Positions 56,998-64,000 of a stretch of 64,000 bases of DNA are shown in pieces. The notes below the pieces were generated by a model, which did not search any database, was not told where the DNA came from, and saw nothing but the letters and a program-made list of their open reading frames with translations. The position numbers and the translations under genes were made by a program. The stretch's first letter is position 1. The number at the start of each line of letters is the position of its first letter. Location: NCBI RefSeq assembly GCF_009914755.1, contig NC_060930.1. One strand, 5' to 3'. Origin of the DNA: the human T2T-CHM13v2.0 reference genome, Homo sapiens.

Positions 56998-59900
56998 CAA
57001 TGTAGGATTTTTATTCTCAGTCACGTTGCAGAGCAGGGAGCCCCAGCTGGCAGTGCTCCACCTGGGTCCCACTCGGCCATGCTGGCATGCCCCAACTGGC
57101 CTGTGTTATAGCTTGTACCATGTTTGGTGGTTCCTGAGTTCTTGTACCATGCCCAAGAAGAATGAGGATACTCTGCACATTGAAGGATGAGAAGGGCAGA
57201 AAAGAATATTATTGAGTGCTGAAAATAACTCTCAGTAGAGGGGGGATGTGGGGTTGGTCTTCCTACCCAAGGTGGGTAAGTTCCTCCATATGGCTGGGTC
57301 CGGGGCCTTTTATGGACTCAGAATGGGGAGTGAATGCTGATTGGTTTGTGAGAATCCAAAAAAGGTTAAATGAAGACACCACTCAAAGGTGGGCATGACA
57401 GCATAGAAAAACCAATTAGGAAAGGGTAGGTAAATGTAAAATAGGTGAAGGGTGGGGACCAATCAGAGGAAAGCGTGCCAAACAGGAAGACAAGTTCTCA
57501 ATCTGATCCAAAGATTTAACCTGTAGCTTGGCTTTCAGGCTTTAAACTGTCTTTTGCTTGGAGGTGGGGTTTCACTGGGGACCCACCCCATCTGCCTGGG
57601 CATTGGCTGCCTCCTGCTGCTGTCATGCCCAATTTCTAAAGAAGTACATCTAAGTGCCATTCGGATAAGGATGAGGATAAGGACAAAGACCAGTCTTCAC
57701 TGCTTCCTGCTGACAGGAGGGTGCTGTTTTGGGAAACAGTAGTCAGAGCTTCCTCCGAGGCCTATCTAAGGGTCCCCGGAAGAAGGGACCATTGTCCGAG
57801 GTTCCGGTTTTATGAGCATTTGGAGTTTGATGGCTTGAAGGTGAAAAGAGACAAACTGAGTTATTAGAGGACATGAATCAAAATGAAACAAGGGGTAAAG
57901 GACAGCTCAAAAATACCAAGGCTGCTGGCATGCATGGATAACTAGTGGTTATAGTTAAGCCTGCTAAGATATAAGTGCATGGGACTCAGCTTTGGTTAGC
58001 TCCCTTGGTCTTATCTTCCCAAAAAAGGAAACCTCTGGGTTATAGGCACCCTATTTACTCCCATCACCTGGCAGGATTTGCACAATAATTAGAACTAGAA
58101 TATTGGTCCAGATTTTTGCATTACCCATCCCTTCTCTTTCTTCTGAACTGCAGCCAGAGATCACTGTTTGCTTCACAGGAATAAGCAGGGTTAGTCTAAA
58201 ATGTAAGCAAAAACTTAAAAACAACTGATGACATTGGAATTTAATGACTACTATATGGTGAGTTTTGAAACATAATTTCTCTCTCTTTAGTCTTATTTTT
58301 GTCAAAAACAAATCATGATAGGACTGAGTTGTTTGCAAAATAAACTTTAGTCTTCCACTTGGACTGATCATTTGCATAAAGTGCAGCAAGAATAATTATT
58401 TTTCACATAAGCTTTTAAAATTGGCTTTGATGGAGCTCTGTTCCACAAAGAATCTCAGATAGGACTTTTTAAAGTCGAGCCCAGCCATGGGTTTTTACCC
58501 TCAAATACCTATGAGTTGGGTAACTTCCTCTTACGGAAGTTTCAAGATAACATGGGGCTCCTGGGCCTATTAGAAAGTGACATTCTTTACTCACCACAGG
58601 TTAAGAACCCTATACAGGACTGTGTTGACAAGGTATGAAGGCCAGTTTTCTCAAGGGGCTTTTATTGGGTCTGCATATCAAGCTTGATTCTTTAAAGGGA
58701 AGCACAACTTTCCAGTCAAAGCCTTGGTAAAACAACCAACCAGTTTCTACAATTGCATCCTGTTACAAAAGAAAATGGATTGTTATTGCACTGATGCAAA
58801 ACAAGTATATTGCCATAAGTTAAGATTACTCACAAATAGTTTCCAAATTCTAGAGAAACCAGGCGAAGAGAAACAAACATGCTCCAAATTTTGTTCATAG
58901 GAGTATAACTTACTCAATTATTAAAGGTTGTAAATAGCTCAAAATAAGTTTCCTTGACTCTGAAAAACAAAACAAGAATCACCAACATTTTAAGCAAAAA
59001 GTTAGAAACATTACTTCAGTTTTCTATTAGTTCAGTCCATTCCATTAATTCTTGTTCTGCTTGATATTCATGAACATTTCAGCTCTTTACGAGTTATGTG
59101 TGTTTTCTTCTATTCCAATGTCACAATCTCCAATGTTATCAGAAACCTGCATTTGGGAGCACCTGTCAAAGTCCTATAACTGATTATAAACCATCTTTAG
59201 AAAAAATCTCTTGTTACCCAACTTTAGTCTTGCCAAGTGGCCAATATTTCTGGCTTTTGAACTTTACCAGAAGTAACCTCACAGGTGAAACCAACAAGCC
59301 TCAACTATGGTTATGAGTTAACCACAAGTGTATGAGGTATTTTCAAAGAGGTGGTAAGCAGTTTTCACAAAATCTAGCATCTTTGAAGGTAGCTCAGAGA
59401 AAGGAAGATTTAAGAGAGGAAGCTAGAAGTTGTTCATGGAGGGGAAGAGAATCAGCAAATGGTAAAAATCACACATATATTAACCAGAAAGTACTCATTC
59501 CCTAAGTCAGGATTGAACCTGGGCCACCATTGTAAAATGGCAGAGAGCAAAAGAAAGTACTGCCACGTGGTTATGAGGTCAAGCTCCCAAGGATGTAAAA
59601 CAAGATGGAGAACTACAGCAAAGTTTGTTACTGACCAGTTTGCTGGGCTGGCCTGAACAGCAGGATTATATGGTTGTAGGCCCCCATTCTATCCTGAAGT
59701 ACCCTTCTTTATGACAGAACCACACAGAAAGAGACACAAAGCACACCAGATTGGCTACAGCTTAAGACTAGCCTCACAAATCCTTTTTTCCATTTACAGA
59801 GAATATAAACAGTGATTTTTATCATTCATTTAACTGGTTTGCACAGGGAGAGAGAGTCCAGAAGTCTGACTAGTCAAAAAAAAACTTTTAACCCTTTGCT

Positions 59901-62453
59901 GGCATGTCAGGCTTCTGGGTTCCCTTCCCCCAACCTCTATTTTAAGCTAAGCAGTTTAAGGTTTGGGGATGGATCCGTGGGGAGTGTCCTATGGTACGGG
60001 AACAAAATCACCCACCCACAAAGGGAGGACAGAGGAGGAAAAAAGAAAAATAAGGCGTTTTTTCAAAGGAATCCCAGTGATTCAGGAGGCATTTGAGAGA
60101 AGTAAAGACTGAAGATGATTAGTGATCCAACCAGAAAGAGGGGAACAAGGTGTCCCTAGTTCTTTTCACTTCCCAGTGAATGCCCAGGGCACATGAGAGA
60201 CAGAAAAAAGAGGCATCCCCCTTCCTTCTTCCATCCTTATATCCCTGAGTCCCAGCGACCTTGGCAGGATGCTGCCCATGGGTGCCAATGCAGCTTTCAT
60301 CCGTGTTAACAGGGGGCCTATGGGGTGGGAATTATCTATGCTCACCCACACACTGCCTGTCCCCGCTGCTGTAGGTAACCTTTGAGTTCCCCAGACCTCA
60401 TATGTGCCATGGATACTAATATGACCTCTATCCATGAAATGGGGGGGCCTAATTGGCAGGAATTAGTCATGCTTACCTGTGCTGTGCCCCTTGACTTCCT
60501 TTGTGATCTGCCTCTGGATTCCTTAGATCCCGTTTTCCTTACTAGGACTTCAACCAGAAGCATGGAATTGAGTTTGGGGCAAAAATGTGTCTTGGGAGGG
60601 CTCGTGGACTCACTAAGACCCAGGCGGTCCTCACCAGGCTGCAGCCAGCAGCCGGTGGGGTCGCTCCTCTGCTGCTGCCTCCCCACAAGTCGAAGCCTAA
60701 GGCGAAGCTGTGGAGCTGGGTGTCCTCCTCAAACAAGGGAGAGAAAAGGGGGTCCCATGAATTGGGGTCCTGGCCTAGTAGGACACCTTTCCAAAAACAC
60801 CTCTCACATGGGAAATCTCCCTGTATTCGCAGGGTTGTGTTAACTCCTGACATGGTGGAGAAAAGAAAAAAGAGCTTAAATAAAGGGGCAGGAAGGTGCC
60901 TGGAGGAAAAAAAAAAAACCCTTGCTCTATGCAAATGGGTTCCTTCAACACAGTAAAACGTTAAGTTGTTGTTTGCTCCTTCTGGTTCAGACTAAGCTGG
61001 ACCGCTCTGCCAGGCAAGGAAAAGACTCTGTGGGCACATGCTGGGAGGGTGTAGAGGGTGGGAAACACTGGCCAGTTGGCCCCACAGGGCTCCTAGCCCT
61101 TAAGATCACCCTCGGGCCTGGGCGGCAGCTGCGGCTCACTCCCATCCTGAGGCCATTGGACGCAGCATGTGCATGCGGTGGACATGGGCACGCACCACAG
61201 CTGGGAAGGGAGGGAGGCAGGGAGCCACTGTGTACCTGTCCATCCATCATGCATGCCTGCGGCCATTAGGACGGGGGTGGAGAACGTGCCACTAAGAAGA
61301 GACAGAAATCACATTGTTCTGAATTGCGTATCTGATGGCTGGGCCAAACGCTCATTCTACCTGGTAATAACTCTGCAGTTTGCAGCAATACCCTTAACAG
61401 TTTAAACAAAGAGACAGGAGCCATTTCAAACCATGAAAGAAGGAAGGAAAAATACCATAGAAAAGTCTGGGGGTCTTGGCCAACACACTGATGGGCAGTC
61501 AGGGACAGAGGTACTCTAGGGGCCTTCCAGCAACACCAGGAGTGGCCTTGGCCAGATGCCTTCAGTTGCCCCAGGACCTTATTCCAATCCCCTGTGACAG
61601 CTAGAACTCTGTGAAGGGAAACAAAGCCAACACTCCTTTCACCCAAAAGGGAGAGAGAGGCGGGAGGGCTGCATCCTGTCCTCTCTAAGGCACCATTCCT
61701 TCCTAATTGACTCACCAGAGCTTCGGTGCCTCATCTGCCTTCAGAAAAAAGTTTGATGACAAGAGGTCTCAGAAAAAGGTGAAGAGTTTAAGTCTTCATT
61801 TACTTACCCTTCAGGGAGAGCCTCCAAAATGATGCAGGATTTTTGTTCTCAGTCACTTTGCAAGCCAGGAACCCCCAGGCAGCAACTCCACACACAGGCC
61901 TTGCTCAGCCACACTAGTGTGTCCCAGCTCACCTGTCTTACAGTTTATACCCACATTGGCAGTTCCCGAACTCTTGCATTGCACCCAGGAAGAATGGGAA
62001 TATGCTGAACATTGAAGGATGATAAGGACAGAGAATAATTTTATTGAGCATTGAAAATTGTCTTCAGCAGAGAGGGAACATGGGGTTGGTCCCCTACCCG
62101 AAAACAGAAAGTACCCCCGTGTGGCTGGTCTGGGGTCTTTTATGGACTCAGAATGGGGAGTGTGTGCTGACTGGTTTGTGAGTATGCAGAAAAGTTTAAA
62201 GTGAAGACGCCACTCAATGGTGGGCACGATAGTGTAGAGAAACCAATTAGGAAAGGGTGGGTATGTATAAAATAGGTGAAGGGTGGGGACCAATCAGGGG
62301 AAAGCTGAACGGCAAGACAAGTCCTCAATCTGGTCCAAGGATTTAACTTGTAGCTTGGTTTCCAGGCTTTAAACTGTCTTTGGCTTGGATGTGGGATTTC
62401 ACCAGGGACCTGCCCCACCTGCGTGGGCCTTTGGCTGCCTCCTGCTGCTCTCA
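56998..62453 (-). mobile_element. Two-LTR ERV1 provirus, LTR27-like LTRs, non-coding MER4-group internal
   Basis: Homologous LTRs at 61830-62453 (5') and 56998-57625 (3'); 4-bp TSD AAAC at 56994-56997 and 62454-62457; degenerate Pro-like PBS TGGAGGCTCTCC at about 61815-61826; splice donor GGTAAGT at about 61802-61808. Confidence 0.85.
60046..60115 (-). pseudogene. gag: Gag matrix N-terminal remnant
   Basis: Manual translation SSVFTSLKCLLNHWDSFEK, frameshift, KRLIF; resembles class I ERV Gag MA (TPLxCILxHWDxF...KKRLIF). Confidence 0.6.
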
Positions 62454-63217
62454 AAACATAGATTTGCTAGGTACCAAGGTCTCAGGGAAGTGTAGTCATG
62501 CCCCTGCCACCTGCCTGCCCTTCTCTCTACAGGCCCCCTCATCATAAGGAAACATCAATACTAACCCTCCTGAAAACCTCTTCGGAACAGCAGTTGTAGA
62601 TGTGTTGTGGGGGGGTCAGGTTTTTCCAGGACATGTCCAAAAGCTGGCATCACACCTCTCAGTGATTGAGACACCTGCCTCAGTCTCTCGCTTCTGTTGT
62701 CAGCCTTCACCAGCTTGTGTCTCAGCCACTGCACCACCGTTTCCACCAGCCCAAGGGCTTCTTGGTAGCAGGGCCTGGATGTTGTCACGATTTGCTCCTG
62801 CATTTCCTAGCATGCAGCGGCTACTTCATAAACAGCTGGGTAGGCATTTGAAGGGACAAATGAAACTAATGACTCAGTGTCCTGTAATCCAGGTGAAACC
62901 AGCCTCATCTAACCAAGCAAGACCAGCCTTCTCTGCATGAGGCATCTGCCCACTGCATTTAACTCTAGCAGAGGGTCCACCTTTTGTAAGCTTGGCCGAT
63001 GAAAGAAAAAATTTAAAATATGACATTTTACTGTGGTCAAGTGTCCTGAGGAATAAACAATTTATTCAACAAACATGATGTGCAAATATTTTGTTCTTCC
63101 GTGTTCTCTGACAGGGCTGCATTGAGGGCTTCACTATTTCCTCACAAAAGTCCAGTTTTGTGAGAGCTTGGGAGGCATGAGTGACAGGGAGTGAAGATAA
63201 CCAGACCCTGTAGGTAA

Positions 63218-63813
63218 GTGACAGGGACCAAAAATGACCACACCCTGCAGACAACCAAAGTCACAGGGACCGAAAATGACCTCACTCTGCAGACAACCAA
63301 AGCAACAGGGACCAAAAATGACCTCACTCTGCAGGTAACCAAAGTCACAGGGACCAAAAATGACCTCACTCTGCAGACAACCAAAGTCACAGGGACCAAA
63401 AATGACCTCACTCTGAAGACAACCAAAGCCACAGGGAACGAAAATGACCTCACTCTGCAGGTAACCAAAGTCACAGGGACCGAAAATGACCTCACTCTGC
63501 AGACAACCAAAGCGACAGGGACCAAAAATGACCTCACTCTGAAGACAACCAAAGCCACAGGGAATGAAAATGACCTCATCCTGCAGGTAACCAAAGTCAC
63601 AGGGACCGAAAATGACCTCACTCTGCAGATAACCAAAGTCACAGGGACCAAAAATGACCTCACACTGCAGACAACCAAAGTCACAGGGACCGAAAATGAC
63701 CTCACTCTGCAGGTAACCAAAGTCACAGGGACCGAAAATGACCTCACTCTGCAGGTAACCAAAGTCACAGGGACCGAAAATGACCTCACCCTGCAGACAA
63801 CCAAAGTCACAGG
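63218..63813. repeat. 42-bp minisatellite, about 14 copies
   Basis: gtcacagggacc(g/a)aaaatgacctcactctgcag(ac/gt)aaccaaa; 14-aa periodic ORFs on both strands. Confidence 0.97.
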
Positions 63814-64000
63814 GAGTGAAGACTCCACAGGAGACTGGAGGAGGGGAGCCACAGCTCTTGCCACCCAGCGAGTCTAATGAACATGCACTTCATAAATCGA
63901 ACCTCTCCCCAGGTTTCTTCTTCTGGGCCCGCTGGCTCATCCTCCTCTCCGCCCACACCCCCTCAGCTTCCCCTTTCGGCTGCCCAGCAGGCCAGCTGCC

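Larger units (their letters stand above)
56566..62702 (+). mobile_element. MER4-group LTR (LTR48-like), copy B, split into 56566-56997 and 62454-62702 by a nested provirus
   Basis: TGTAAAGGAAACTAAAAATCTCAG...tatgtaaaac | aaacatagatttgct...TTGTCA; the joined halves align with copy A (tatgtaaaacatggatttgctg). Confidence 0.8.

Overview
This is primate (very probably human or great-ape) non-coding genomic DNA, roughly half transposable elements, with many GC-rich minisatellites and CA/TG low-complexity tracts, as in a distal or subtelomeric chromosome band. I see no credible host protein-coding gene, RNA gene or CRISPR array; the long ORFs are either decayed LINE-1 ORF1/ORF2 or repeat artefacts. 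Main contents: a 3'-truncated MER50-type ERV1 provirus with a tRNA-Arg primer-binding site (about 230-5587); solo LTRs (MER4-group, HERV-K LTR5_Hs, MER11, THE1D, MLT1/MLT2); a full-length dead L1PA7-like element (minus strand) head-to-head with a 5'-truncated L1PA4-like element (plus strand); two Alus; Tigger2 and MER69 DNA-transposon remnants; a two-LTR LTR27-like provirus nested inside one of two related MER4-group LTRs; and minisatellites of 87, 52, 77, 31, 47 and 42 bp. The most unusual observation is the HERV-K LTR5_Hs, which has a normal 6-bp target-site duplication but lies inside a perfect 57-bp tandem duplication. I could not support a novel biological system here. Repeat family names come from recalled consensus sequences, not from a database search.
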